A stretch of 64,000 bases of DNA, from NCBI GenBank assembly GCA_963814275.1, contig CAWFCE010000001.1, forward strand, positions 323,307 to 387,306, in the 5' to 3' direction. Shown piece by piece: positions 1-8,859 of the stretch. Source of the stretch: Candidatus Parcubacteria bacterium (lineage in GTDB: Bacteria; Patescibacteriota; Patescibacteriia; Patescibacteriales; UBA12075). Position 1 is the stretch's first letter. The number at the start of each line of letters is the position of its first letter. Below the pieces are notes generated by a model. It worked only from the letters and a program-made list of their open reading frames with translations. It had not been told where the DNA came from and made no database searches. Made by a program: the position numbers and the translations under genes.

Positions 1-74
1 ATCGGCTATTGACGTAAAACGGGAAATAATGTAAACAATAAACAAATCGTAAACATTCAACCAAAGGAGGAGCT

Positions 75-434
75 ATGGGCAAATATTTATTGGAATACAA
101 GAATGCGGAACGTTATTCGCCGTACAATTTCGAGGCTATTGATGACTTGCAGGCCGTAAATCACGCAAAATCCATTCTGGATATACCAAGGAAAATAGAT
201 AGCGGGAATTTTTCGGAATTTGGCGGCCAGGCTCTTTACCGGATTGAGGAAGGCGGCTGTCTCGTGAGGGTTTTTCCGACCCGAGAGATGGCAACGGTGA
301 TTTTTCCCTTGCCGAATGACCAGATTTCACTTGATAATATGGAGGAATTTATGGCCTGGGTCAAGGGCGCGGGCGGTGAATACGAAAATAAGATGGGTAT
401 GCTGCAGGTGGCATTCGAACCACTTGCGCGGTAA
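75..434 (+). CDS. hypothetical protein (119 aa)
   Basis: ORF preceded by AAAGGAGG Shine-Dalgarno; no recognisable motif. Confidence 0.5.
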   Translation: MGKYLLEYKNAERYSPYNFEAIDDLQAVNHAKSILDIPRKIDSGNFSEFGGQALYRIEEGGCLVRVFPTREMATVIFPLPNDQISLDNMEEFMAWVKGAGGEYENKMGMLQVAFEPLAR

Positions 435-549
435 AATTGATCACTCGGACTTTATGCAATGGAACGCTGCAGTAGGCAATACTGCAGCGTTTTTTAATTT
501 TATTATAATCTAAATATAATATAATCATTATTATTAATTAGCTCAATAT

Positions 550-1029
550 ATGGAAAAAATAACCCCATTTCTCTGGTTCAAGAAGGATGCCGAGAAGGCC
601 GCGGAATTCTATACGAAAATTTTCCGGGATTCGCGGATCCTGAGAACTACCCATTACACCAAGGAAACCGAAGAAGTCTCCGGCAAACCGGCCGGATCGG
701 TCATGACTGTTGAATTCGAGATCGAAGGTCAGACTTTCACTGCCATCAACGGCGGCGAGCCTTTCCAGCTAAGTGAGGCGGTGTCTTTCGTCATAAACTG
801 CAAAGACCAGGAAGAGATAGATTACTATTGGGATATGCTCACATCCGGCGGCGATCCCAGTTCGCAGGTTTGCGGCTGGCTCAAGGATAAGTACGGCTTG
901 TCCTGGCAGGTGGTGCCCGCCAACCTGCCCGAACTGATCGGCGGGGATGACACAGCCAAGAACGAACGGGCGATGGCCGCGCTTCTTAAGATGAAAAAAC
1001 TGGACATGGAGGCTTTAAAAAACGCCTGA
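550..1029 (+). CDS. VOC-superfamily protein, PhnB-like (3-demethylubiquinone-9 3-methyltransferase-domain family)
   Basis: N-terminus MEKITPFLWF..AEKAAEFY and C-terminal KDKYGLSWQV are typical of this family. Confidence 0.75.
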   Translation: MEKITPFLWFKKDAEKAAEFYTKIFRDSRILRTTHYTKETEEVSGKPAGSVMTVEFEIEGQTFTAINGGEPFQLSEAVSFVINCKDQEEIDYYWDMLTSGGDPSSQVCGWLKDKYGLSWQVVPANLPELIGGDDTAKNERAMAALLKMKKLDMEALKNA

Positions 1030-1185
1030 TTAAAATAGTAATAAGTGATAAGACATAAATTATAATACCCCGGATTTTTTATAGCGCTTATTGCTTATTA
1101 CTATTTCTTCATATCTGCGGTCTGATCCCAGATTAAGCGAATAAATTGCATATAATAAAATAATAATCAAATTAACGGAAAATAT

Positions 1186-1578
1186 ATGAATAGAGTGATT
1201 CATTTCGAGATCCAGGCCGATGATGTCGAGCGGGCAAAGAAGTTCTACGGCCAGGTATTGGGCTGGAAGATCGAACCGGCGATGTCCCAGGACAAAGGCG
1301 ATCCGATGAACTATTGGATGGTGAAAACAGCCGAGTCCGGTCCGGGCATCAATGGCGGCCTCTATGAGCGGCCGAAAGAAGGGGATAAGTATTATCTCTA
1401 TGATTGTACTGTCGGCGTGGCTGATATCGACAAGGCCGCGGCGGCTGTCAAAGAAAACGGCGGCACGGTCGTGCGGGAGAAAACGGAGATTCCGGGAGTC
1501 GGCTGGTTCGTCAGCGCCAAAGATACGGAAGGCAACCGCTTCGGCCTGCTCCAGTCGACTGGCTGGAAGCCGGAATAG
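1186..1578 (+). CDS. VOC / glyoxalase-bleomycin-resistance family protein
   Basis: VIHFEI..DD.ERAKKFY..LGW and C-terminal DTEGNRFGL pattern of glyoxalase-fold proteins. Confidence 0.75.
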   Translation: MNRVIHFEIQADDVERAKKFYGQVLGWKIEPAMSQDKGDPMNYWMVKTAESGPGINGGLYERPKEGDKYYLYDCTVGVADIDKAAAAVKENGGTVVREKTEIPGVGWFVSAKDTEGNRFGLLQSTGWKPE

Positions 1579-1600
1579 GCGCCGACAGCCGATCCAAATA

Positions 1601-1640
1601 AAATCCTGATTATCATTCGTACGGTAATCAGGATTTTTTG
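1601..1640 (+). terminator. intrinsic terminator
   Basis: aatcctgatta/taatcaggatt stem followed by a T run. Confidence 0.7.
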
Positions 1641-1781
1641 TGTTTGACATTTCCATAAATTTGTGTAATAATAGCAAGTTATTTTGCCTGATGGCTATAA
1701 CGGGCGGAAGTTAGCCCTTTTTCAAATAAATTTTTAAATTTTCGTCTCAAAATTTATAAACCGACGAAGAAAGGAGAAAGA

Positions 1782-2972
1782 ATGAAAAAGTTATCCCTGA
1801 TCGTGTTTTTGGTGTTTTTTGCGTGTATTGACAGGTCGTATGCCGCAACCGACTGGTCGTTTAAATTGACCGGTACGGCTGATACTTTGAACGGCGCCGC
1901 CGGGCGAATGCAAGCGGAACTCGACTGGCGAAGAAACGGATTCCATGCATTCGTGTCGCCGGACTTCGGTTATGGTACGGCAGATTATTGGACATTTAAT
2001 ATGGCCAACTGGAGCGGGGTAAACTATGCCAAACGCTCGGTATTTACAGCCCAGGAAATTTACGGTGATTACAGCTTCTGGCGCTTTAATACCGGGCTGG
2101 GATACAGGCTCTTCGATACCGGCGCGGTCGATGTAAGCACTTCATTGGATGTCAACCCGGTCGATATACTTGATCTGGACCAGCCCCGGCTGATGGCCCA
2201 GCAATCCCTTTGGGGGGAATATAGCTATGGCCGTCTGCGAATGCAGTATGTGCAAATGAGAACGTCCGAGGGCAAATTGCCGGTGGACAAGAGCAACCCG
2301 TGGCGGCCGGACCATTTCAATTTCCCTCTGCAGAACGGGACGCATGGCGGCGGCAATTTCGTCAATTGGCTGCGCTTATCCTACGCACGGGACGTAACCT
2401 CATACAGCTTTATGTTCTATGATGGACAGAGTCCGTTCCAGAATTTTCAGGTCAATTCCCATTTTGAGGCGGACTATTATCCCAAGCGGATGGTTTCCGG
2501 CGTGTTCGGATCGGAATTCAGGGGTATCCGTTTCAAATTCGGCGCCGGTTATAACGACCGGGACGAATGGCTTGATGACAGCTTCGATTTCGAGGGAACC
2601 GTGTGGAAGCGTACCGGATTCCATGGCGGTTATCTGGAATGGAGCCTGGGAAGCGTCCAAAGACTGGTCGTAGATCGCGGCGAAGATTATCTGGAAAATA
2701 AGGCCAGCCTATGGCGAAAGCTGAGTCCGGAGAATCTTTATGTCGGCAGCCAGTGGCTAGGATTGTCGTATTCCAGGGATTCGGTGGAGCTTGGCCTCAG
2801 GACTTTCATCAGCAACCGGGGCGGATGGAAGTTAAATCCTGCTTTTGATTGGGAATTTATGGAAAAAACCCATTTCCGGATCGAAGGAGCCGTGATGGAT
2901 GATTTCTATGAAAGGTATCGCAACAATAATTACGCGACCCTCTCGCTCTCCCGGCACTTCGGAGGAAAATAG
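1782..2972 (+). CDS. secreted beta-strand-rich protein, possible porin-like beta-barrel
   Basis: Signal peptide ending in YA|AT; GAAAGGAG RBS; many alternating aromatic/polar segments (LRLSYARDVTSYSFMFY, IRFKFGAGY, YATLSLSRHF). Confidence 0.6.
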   Translation: MKKLSLIVFLVFFACIDRSYAATDWSFKLTGTADTLNGAAGRMQAELDWRRNGFHAFVSPDFGYGTADYWTFNMANWSGVNYAKRSVFTAQEIYGDYSFWRFNTGLGYRLFDTGAVDVSTSLDVNPVDILDLDQPRLMAQQSLWGEYSYGRLRMQYVQMRTSEGKLPVDKSNPWRPDHFNFPLQNGTHGGGNFVNWLRLSYARDVTSYSFMFYDGQSPFQNFQVNSHFEADYYPKRMVSGVFGSEFRGIRFKFGAGYNDRDEWLDDSFDFEGTVWKRTGFHGGYLEWSLGSVQRLVVDRGEDYLENKASLWRKLSPENLYVGSQWLGLSYSRDSVELGLRTFISNRGGWKLNPAFDWEFMEKTHFRIEGAVMDDFYERYRNNNYATLSLSRHFGGK

Positions 2973-3068
2973 CCGGGAAGTCCGGCTTCCCCGGAAATAA
3001 ACCAGGCTCTGTGCATTCTATACGCAGGGCCTTTTTTAATTTATCCATTAAAATGTTATAATGAAAGC

Positions 3069-4295
3069 ATGGGAAATGTTAAAAATATATTGAAAACGGC
3101 AGCGATTGATGCCGTTATAATGGCCTTGGCCGGTTATTGGATATTTGAAGGGGATTGGCCCTTTCTGCCCTGGCTGCTTTTGGCCGGTGTTACTTTGGCA
3201 TTCATACATAAGGAAAGCAAGGCGCATAAATATTTACCCGGATTAATGATCGGTTCCTTGGTATTCGGTTTGTTGACCATGATTTTCGTATTTTTACGGA
3301 TGTATGTTTTTTCGCATTTCTTCTATGATTCGTCCTTGCCTTTTTCGTTTTTATTCAATCCGGAATGGGGTATAATGGCTGCCGTTTTCGCGGCCGCCGC
3401 CTTTCTGGGCGGGCTAATGGGAATCGCGTTAAAAGGGTTCTATTCGTTATATAAAAATAAACTCGATTATGCCTTGTTGCTTCTGGGACCGGCGCTGTTG
3501 ACGCTTGCCTCCGTATCGATCGCCAGGATCAAATACGGCGGCACGATCTTAAGCACGCTCTCGGGCTGGCCGTATTATTTCATCACTTACCGGGTTAAGG
3601 ATATCATCGACAATTTCCGTATCGACGAAAGGTCATTCACACCAGGTAGCCTCTATCATAATATTATTTTGGATTATTTGTTCTTTTTGGTAATCCTGGT
3701 CTTGGTATATTTGTTGATGCGCGCCGTTAGCGGCCGCTGGAACGCCGTAAAGACCCACACCACATTCGTCCTGTCCGGTCTTGTGGTAGCCGGCTTGATC
3801 GCGATGATGTCTTATTTGCCGGCCAGACAATCATATATATCCCGGCAGATCGCCCGGGCCGGAAATTGCGCGACTGATGCGGAATGCGTCATTGTCGGTA
3901 ACAAGTGCCCTTTCAGCTGTGCGGTCGTGGCTAACCGCAATGAAGCCGATCGGATCACCAGGCTGGTCAATTTATTTCCCTCGACCTGCGAACTGTCTTG
4001 TCCCGGCAATAACCGGGCAGTTTGCTTGAACGGCAGCTGCCGGGTGGCCGACCAGGAGACGGCGGACAATGGGTTGGATAGCCGGAACGGCAATAATATC
4101 GCGTGGCTGCGGATCATCCAGGCGATATCGAATTGCGAGGCTGTACGGCTTTTCCAGGCGCACAGCCTCAGGGTGCAGGCACAGCTAAAGGACGGCAGCG
4201 AGCTGGAGGCGACCGAACCCGTGATCGACGAAATCTTCCGGGTGGCGGAAACGGCGGAAGAAAAATGCGGACACATTCCGGTGGCGACGGAATAG
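3069..4295 (+). CDS. polytopic membrane protein with Cys-rich C-terminal domain
   Basis: Multiple hydrophobic spans in the first ~250 aa, then CATDAECVIVGNKCPFSC...CELSCPG...CLNGSC. Confidence 0.6.
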   Translation: MGNVKNILKTAAIDAVIMALAGYWIFEGDWPFLPWLLLAGVTLAFIHKESKAHKYLPGLMIGSLVFGLLTMIFVFLRMYVFSHFFYDSSLPFSFLFNPEWGIMAAVFAAAAFLGGLMGIALKGFYSLYKNKLDYALLLLGPALLTLASVSIARIKYGGTILSTLSGWPYYFITYRVKDIIDNFRIDERSFTPGSLYHNIILDYLFFLVILVLVYLLMRAVSGRWNAVKTHTTFVLSGLVVAGLIAMMSYLPARQSYISRQIARAGNCATDAECVIVGNKCPFSCAVVANRNEADRITRLVNLFPSTCELSCPGNNRAVCLNGSCRVADQETADNGLDSRNGNNIAWLRIIQAISNCEAVRLFQAHSLRVQAQLKDGSELEATEPVIDEIFRVAETAEEKCGHIPVATE

Positions 4296-4380
4296 CATAT
4301 GGCCCATAATCATGCTTATATAAAATAATTCAATGGGATCGGTTTTCGAATAAACATTCAAATCAAAAAGGAGGCAGGCA

Positions 4381-4737
4381 ATGAAAGATCTGGGACATGT
4401 CGTCGCTTTTATCAGTATTTTCCTTCTTATCATGACGGTCATATGGACGAGTGATCTCGAGCGGCAGCGCGAAATCAGGCAGGCAAGCGAAAAGGGAGTT
4501 ATGCTCAAACTGGCCCATGCCCTCAATAATCTGGGGGAATTCAGACAGGCGTTCGATTGCCTGACCGCCGTATTTGTGACCGGCATCAAGCCCCGCACCT
4601 TCCTGGAATGGGAGGCGCAAAAGGAAAAAAGATCTTTGGCAAAACAGAAGTTAACTATGGCCGTTAATAAGGCGGAAAACAAGCAAAAACTGATCAAAGT
4701 GTTATTGCTGGCGGCCGGGTCCGGCCAAGTCCGGTAG
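4381..4737 (+). CDS. hypothetical membrane-anchored protein (118 aa)
   Basis: AAAGGAGG RBS; one N-terminal hydrophobic span. Confidence 0.55.
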   Translation: MKDLGHVVAFISIFLLIMTVIWTSDLERQREIRQASEKGVMLKLAHALNNLGEFRQAFDCLTAVFVTGIKPRTFLEWEAQKEKRSLAKQKLTMAVNKAENKQKLIKVLLLAAGSGQVR

Positions 4738-4807
4738 AGACCGGATATATCAAAGAGAGCGGAGTATTTCCCGGAAATGCTCCGTTTTGCTTTTTCATAT
4801 GGATATG

Positions 4808-4872
4808 TAGGATGCTGAAGCATCCCGGACCTTCGGCCCTGCCTGCCGGCAGGCAGGTAAAGCCAAGTGGAA
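4808..4872. repeat. composite hairpin repeat (GGATGCTGAAGCATCC / CCTTCGG / CCTGCCTGCCGGCAGGCAGG / GCCAAGTGGAA)
   Basis: About 65 bp recurs in inverted orientation at 49899-49962 with a few mismatches. Confidence 0.8.
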
Positions 4873-4916
4873 GCGAACGGGCATGGGAACGCACAATTTT
4901 GCGTTCCTTCCGGTTA

Positions 4917-5006
4917 TTTTTATAATTTGACTGTTTACCTAAACTGGAGTAAATTTAAGTAAATAAAGTTCGATGACAAACCTTCCATAAAGGAGAAGCC
5001 GGGGGG
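4917..5006 (+). promoter_or_regulatory. conserved promoter plus hairpin/U-tract leader, copy A (upstream of pyrD)
   Basis: TTGACT(4917-4922)-17 nt-TAAATT(4940-4945); 10-bp stem 4967-4976/4991-5000; T6 run; block-wise conserved with 8773-8859. Confidence 0.55.
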
Positions 5007-5084
5007 TTTGTTTTTTCGTATTTGGACATTGAAAATCAATTTAACCGGAAATAAATTTGAACTGGCAGAAAGGAGATAAGGAAC

Positions 5085-6065
5085 ATGGCAGGATTAACAT
5101 TACGGGGAGTGGGTTTCAAATCAGTATTTACAGCATCCGGAACGCTTAATTTCTTCGGAGACGGTTGGCCGCCTCATCGCTTGTTCAGTTCGTTCTTCGG
5201 CAAACGATTCGATTTTAGCGGCGCTACCTTTATTTCAAAAACCACTACGCTATCGCCGCGAGCCGGTCATATGCCGCTGGATAACGATTTACAGCCGAGG
5301 GAATATTTTCCCAAGTGTATCAATGCTAATTACTGGAAAGGCGTAACCTTGAATTCAGTCGGATTGAGCGGGCCGGGCGCGATTGAATTGTTTCGCCGGA
5401 AAAAGTGGCAGTCCAGAATATGGCCATTTCTCATATCATTTATGAGCGTCGGCAGTTCACCGGATCTAAGACTGGGCGAAGCAGCAAAATTTGCGGATAT
5501 GCTCATCGCGGAGCAGCCGAATTTCCAAACGGATTTCGGCATTCAGGTGAATGTGTCTTGTCCGAATACAGACCACGCGACAAGGGAAATGATCGACGGT
5601 TCTCTCGGCATTCTGGAAGTATTCAAAAAACTGTCCGTGCCGATTGACCTCAAGATCGGCGTAGCTGATGCGATTGAAGCGGGAACACCCTTCACCAGGG
5701 AGATCGAGGCTTCCGGGCTCTGCGACTGCTTGACCTGTTCGAATACGATTCCTTGGGGCAGACTGCCCGAGCGGATCGACTGGCCAGCCTTGTTCGGTAC
5801 CCGTGAGTCGCCTTTGAAACATTTGGGTGGCGGCGGGCTGTCAGGTAAACCGCTTAAACCGATCGTGATCGAATGGCTAAAAACGGTAAGAGACGCCGGT
5901 ATCACGATGCCGATCAAAGCCGGCGGCGGAATCCTGGCAAGGCGGGATGTTCGCGAGTATATGGAAGCCGGCGCTTCGGCATTTGAGATCGGCAGTATCG
6001 CGATACTGCGCCCTTGGAACGTACGGCGTGTTATCGAAACCGGAAATAATATCTTTAGGAGGTAA
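5085..6065 (+). CDS. pyrD: dihydroorotate dehydrogenase, class 1-like
   Basis: NVSCPNT (Cys-type active-site loop), GGLSGKPLKP and GGGI..RDV.EY..AGASA.EIGS motifs; GGAG RBS. Confidence 0.8.
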   Translation: MAGLTLRGVGFKSVFTASGTLNFFGDGWPPHRLFSSFFGKRFDFSGATFISKTTTLSPRAGHMPLDNDLQPREYFPKCINANYWKGVTLNSVGLSGPGAIELFRRKKWQSRIWPFLISFMSVGSSPDLRLGEAAKFADMLIAEQPNFQTDFGIQVNVSCPNTDHATREMIDGSLGILEVFKKLSVPIDLKIGVADAIEAGTPFTREIEASGLCDCLTCSNTIPWGRLPERIDWPALFGTRESPLKHLGGGGLSGKPLKPIVIEWLKTVRDAGITMPIKAGGGILARRDVREYMEAGASAFEIGSIAILRPWNVRRVIETGNNIFRR

Positions 6066-6067
6066 AA

Positions 6068-7114
6068 ATGCTGAAATTAATCCATAGGTTACCGGACAAT
6101 TGGCACGCCCATCTGCGCGAACAGGAACTCCTACTCGCAGTTTATCATCACTTCAATATCTATGGGCGGGTACTATGCATGGGAAACCTCATGACACTTA
6201 TCGAAACGGCTTTCGCCGCTCGCCATTACCGAGAGGACATTCTGGAGCTTCCGGTGCGGTTCCAGCCGGAAATATGTATTATGCTCACCCAGGATACAAC
6301 CCGGGAAACGATCTATGAAGCGGCCGAGGCAGGTATTAAATTCGTCAAATTCTTGCCGGTGGGGACCTCGACTGGCGCTATCAAAGGTCTGCGGCTCGAC
6401 GATTTCGCCGAATTATACCTGTTGTTTCCCGTGATTGAAGAAACCGTGATGCATCTTTTGATTCACAGTGAGCTGATGTCAGAACGGGATGGCACGGAAA
6501 TACCTTTGATCGAAAGGGAAGAGCGAGCGATTATAATTGCCGGAATCTTTCATCGCCGGTTTCCCGGCCTGAAAATTACGATCGAACACGCTTCGACCGC
6601 CAAGATGATAGATTTCGTGAAATGGACGGATAGTCCCAATGTCCGCGCCACCCTAACGCCGCAACATGGTATTCTTACCTATGATGATGTGTTCCACGGG
6701 CGAGACTGGCCACCGCATAATCCGTTAAATTATTGCCTGCCGGTCGCAAAACTCGAGAGTGACAAGCGGTCGGTGGTTAAGGCAACAGTGAGCGGTGATG
6801 AACGTTTTTTTTACGGTACTGATGCGGCACCGCATTGGATCGTAGATAAGACCGGTCACAAGCCGAAAGCCGGTGTATTTTTCGGCGCCAACGAGTATGT
6901 CCGCTCATTGGAAATATTCGAGCGGGAAGGTGCGATCGATAAATTCGAAGATTTCACATCCCGTTTCGGCGCCGAATACTACGGCTACCCATTAAATCAG
7001 GAAACACTTACGGTCGTGCAGGAAGTATGGCAGCCGCGGGATAGTGCTGCACGGTATCCGCTTTTGTCTGGGCGATCAGCCGCTCCGCTGGAAGATCATC
7101 GAAAGGAACGGTGA
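6068..7114 (+). CDS. pyrC: dihydroorotase, E. coli-type (class II); 3' end probably frameshifted
   Basis: WHAHLRE, KFLP (carbamylated-Lys region), IHSE, EHAST, TPQH and GTDAAPH motifs in canonical order; a better C-terminus (LGDQPLRWKII) lies in the +1 frame, ending at 7130. Confidence 0.85.
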   Translation: MLKLIHRLPDNWHAHLREQELLLAVYHHFNIYGRVLCMGNLMTLIETAFAARHYREDILELPVRFQPEICIMLTQDTTRETIYEAAEAGIKFVKFLPVGTSTGAIKGLRLDDFAELYLLFPVIEETVMHLLIHSELMSERDGTEIPLIEREERAIIIAGIFHRRFPGLKITIEHASTAKMIDFVKWTDSPNVRATLTPQHGILTYDDVFHGRDWPPHNPLNYCLPVAKLESDKRSVVKATVSGDERFFYGTDAAPHWIVDKTGHKPKAGVFFGANEYVRSLEIFEREGAIDKFEDFTSRFGAEYYGYPLNQETLTVVQEVWQPRDSAARYPLLSGRSAAPLEDHRKER

Positions 7115-7153
7115 ACCGATTTCGGTATAACCCTTAATACAAAGGATAAGAAA

Positions 7154-7901
7154 ATGGTTAAGCAATTGAAAGATGAAGAGCGTTTGATTATAGCAGCCGA
7201 TTACAAACCTGCGGATTGGGGAGGCGTAAGCGGAGTCAAGAAAAAAGTATTACAACTCGTGGAAAAACTCAGCGAAACCGGCGTATTTATCAAAGTTAAT
7301 TCAGTTCTCCGGGCAATCGGTTACGGACTAATCGCCGATCTGCATTCAGCTGGCCTTAAAGTTTTTGCGGATTTAAAACTCAATGATATTCCCAATACGA
7401 TGGGCATTCAAGCCGAATCGCTTATTATGTTTTAACCTGAAATTCGTGACTGTAATGTGTTCAGCTGGAATCGACGGTATGCAGGCTGTCCAGAAGACCA
7501 TCGGGGATTTCTGCGAGGTGCTGGGCGTGACAGTGTTAACCAGTCTGAATAAAAGTAAATGTCAGGCGATTTATGGATGTTCGCCAGAGGCGGGGGTATT
7601 GCGTTTTTCCCGAATGGCGAAAACCGCTGGCCTCGGCGGCCTGATTCTTTCACCGAATGAATTGGTAATTACCAAAAATCATTTCGAATTATCAGGTCTT
7701 AGCTTGAACACGCCAGCAATCCGTCCGTTTTGGTCGTTAGTAAATGATGACGATCAAAGCAGGATATCAACGCCCTTTAAGGCGATTCAGGCCGGAGCTG
7801 ATCGGATTGTCGTGGGGCGGCCAATTATTGGCGCCAAAGATCCGCGCGAGGCAGCACTGAAAACTTTAGATGAAATAAGAGAAGGCCTGAAAAAAAGCTG
7901 A
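7154..7901 (+). pseudogene. pyrF: orotidine-5'-phosphate decarboxylase split by a +1 frameshift at a T4 run (7430-7433)
   Basis: ORF 7154-7435 carries DLKLNDIPNT; ORF 7383-7901 continues with VTVMCSAG...IVVGRPI; removing one T restores ...ESLIMFNLKFVTV... Confidence 0.8.
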
Positions 7902-7923
7902 ATAGCTGAAAGGAGATTATGAA

Positions 7924-8640
7924 ATGGAAAAAATGAATAAAACAAAAGCCCGGGATTATCCGCCGGAAATGTATTGTCGTCCGGAATGGGTGATTGAGGA
8001 CAACTTCGTTACGTTAATTATGGAAAAGTGCGATGCATACTGGGTCCATAATGGCATTTCCGAAAGAGCGCATGCCGAGTTGACATCCGGAAAATGCAGC
8101 AATGGTTTTTTCAACTGTCTCAAGGCGCTCAAATACATCAATATCAACGAGATTTTCGCTTATCACCTAGCCGCCAAAATACGCAAAGAGATCGGTGAAG
8201 TCCAGGTTGACTGGGTGATTGGTTCGCCGATGGCCGGAATTACGTTCAGTTACGCTGTGGCCCGTCATCTTGGCGCTGCTGTTCAACTGTTTACCGAAAA
8301 AGATCCCGAAGTAAAAGGGCGAATGTTGTGGAAACGGGAAGTCATTCCGGAGGGCGATTCCGTCCTGCAAATCGAAGAGTTGATCACCACATCCAAAACG
8401 CTCAACAGTGTTCGGGACGGGATTGAAAGAGATAATCCGTTCCCGGTATATTGGATTCCGGTAATTGGGGTTTTTGTGCATCGTCCCGACAGGTTACCTG
8501 TCACGCATTATGGCGATAGAAAAGTTGTCTCGCTTTTTGAAAGGGAAATTTGGACGGCCGATTATCCATGCAAACTTTGCAAAGAAGGCTCGGTTCGGTA
8601 TCGGCCCAAAACCAACTGGAAGGAGTTGACGGTCAACTAA
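7924..8640 (+). CDS. pyrE: phosphoribosyltransferase, orotate PRTase-like
   Basis: HAELTSGKCS (GHF.LSSG.HS-like) and PRPP loop VLQIEELITTSKT; sits in the pyr cluster. Confidence 0.6.
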   Translation: MEKMNKTKARDYPPEMYCRPEWVIEDNFVTLIMEKCDAYWVHNGISERAHAELTSGKCSNGFFNCLKALKYININEIFAYHLAAKIRKEIGEVQVDWVIGSPMAGITFSYAVARHLGAAVQLFTEKDPEVKGRMLWKREVIPEGDSVLQIEELITTSKTLNSVRDGIERDNPFPVYWIPVIGVFVHRPDRLPVTHYGDRKVVSLFEREIWTADYPCKLCKEGSVRYRPKTNWKELTVN

Positions 8641-8668
8641 AAGTGACTGTCAATTTAATAAAAATCAA

Positions 8669-8700
8669 GGGAATCGCTTGCGCGATTCCCTTATTTTATT
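8669..8700 (+). terminator. intrinsic terminator
   Basis: gggaatcgc/gcgattccc stem followed by a T-rich tail. Confidence 0.7.
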
Positions 8701-8772
8701 ATAAATTTATTAGAATATGAAATATTTTTAGACCCGCCGGTGCTTTTTGTTAATCAGAGGAGATATAGCTAT

Positions 8773-8859
8773 TTGACTTTTCGCTTAATTTGGGATAAAT
8801 TTAAAGCATAAAGACAATCGGCAAACCTTCAGATCAAGGGGAATGGGGAGGTTTGTTTT
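8773..8859 (+). promoter_or_regulatory. conserved promoter plus hairpin/U-tract leader, copy B (upstream of the PurD-like gene)
   Basis: TTGACT(8773-8778)-17 nt-TAAATT(8796-8801); 9-bp stem 8822-8830/8847-8855; T run; same layout as 4917-5006. Confidence 0.55.

Noticed and set aside
4694-4894. Track ORFs 4694-4894 (-) and 49879-50073 (+) sharing the peptide LGFTCLPAG..EGPGCFSIL
   Set aside because: The shared peptide is the translation of the inverted 65-bp hairpin repeat, not a conserved protein.
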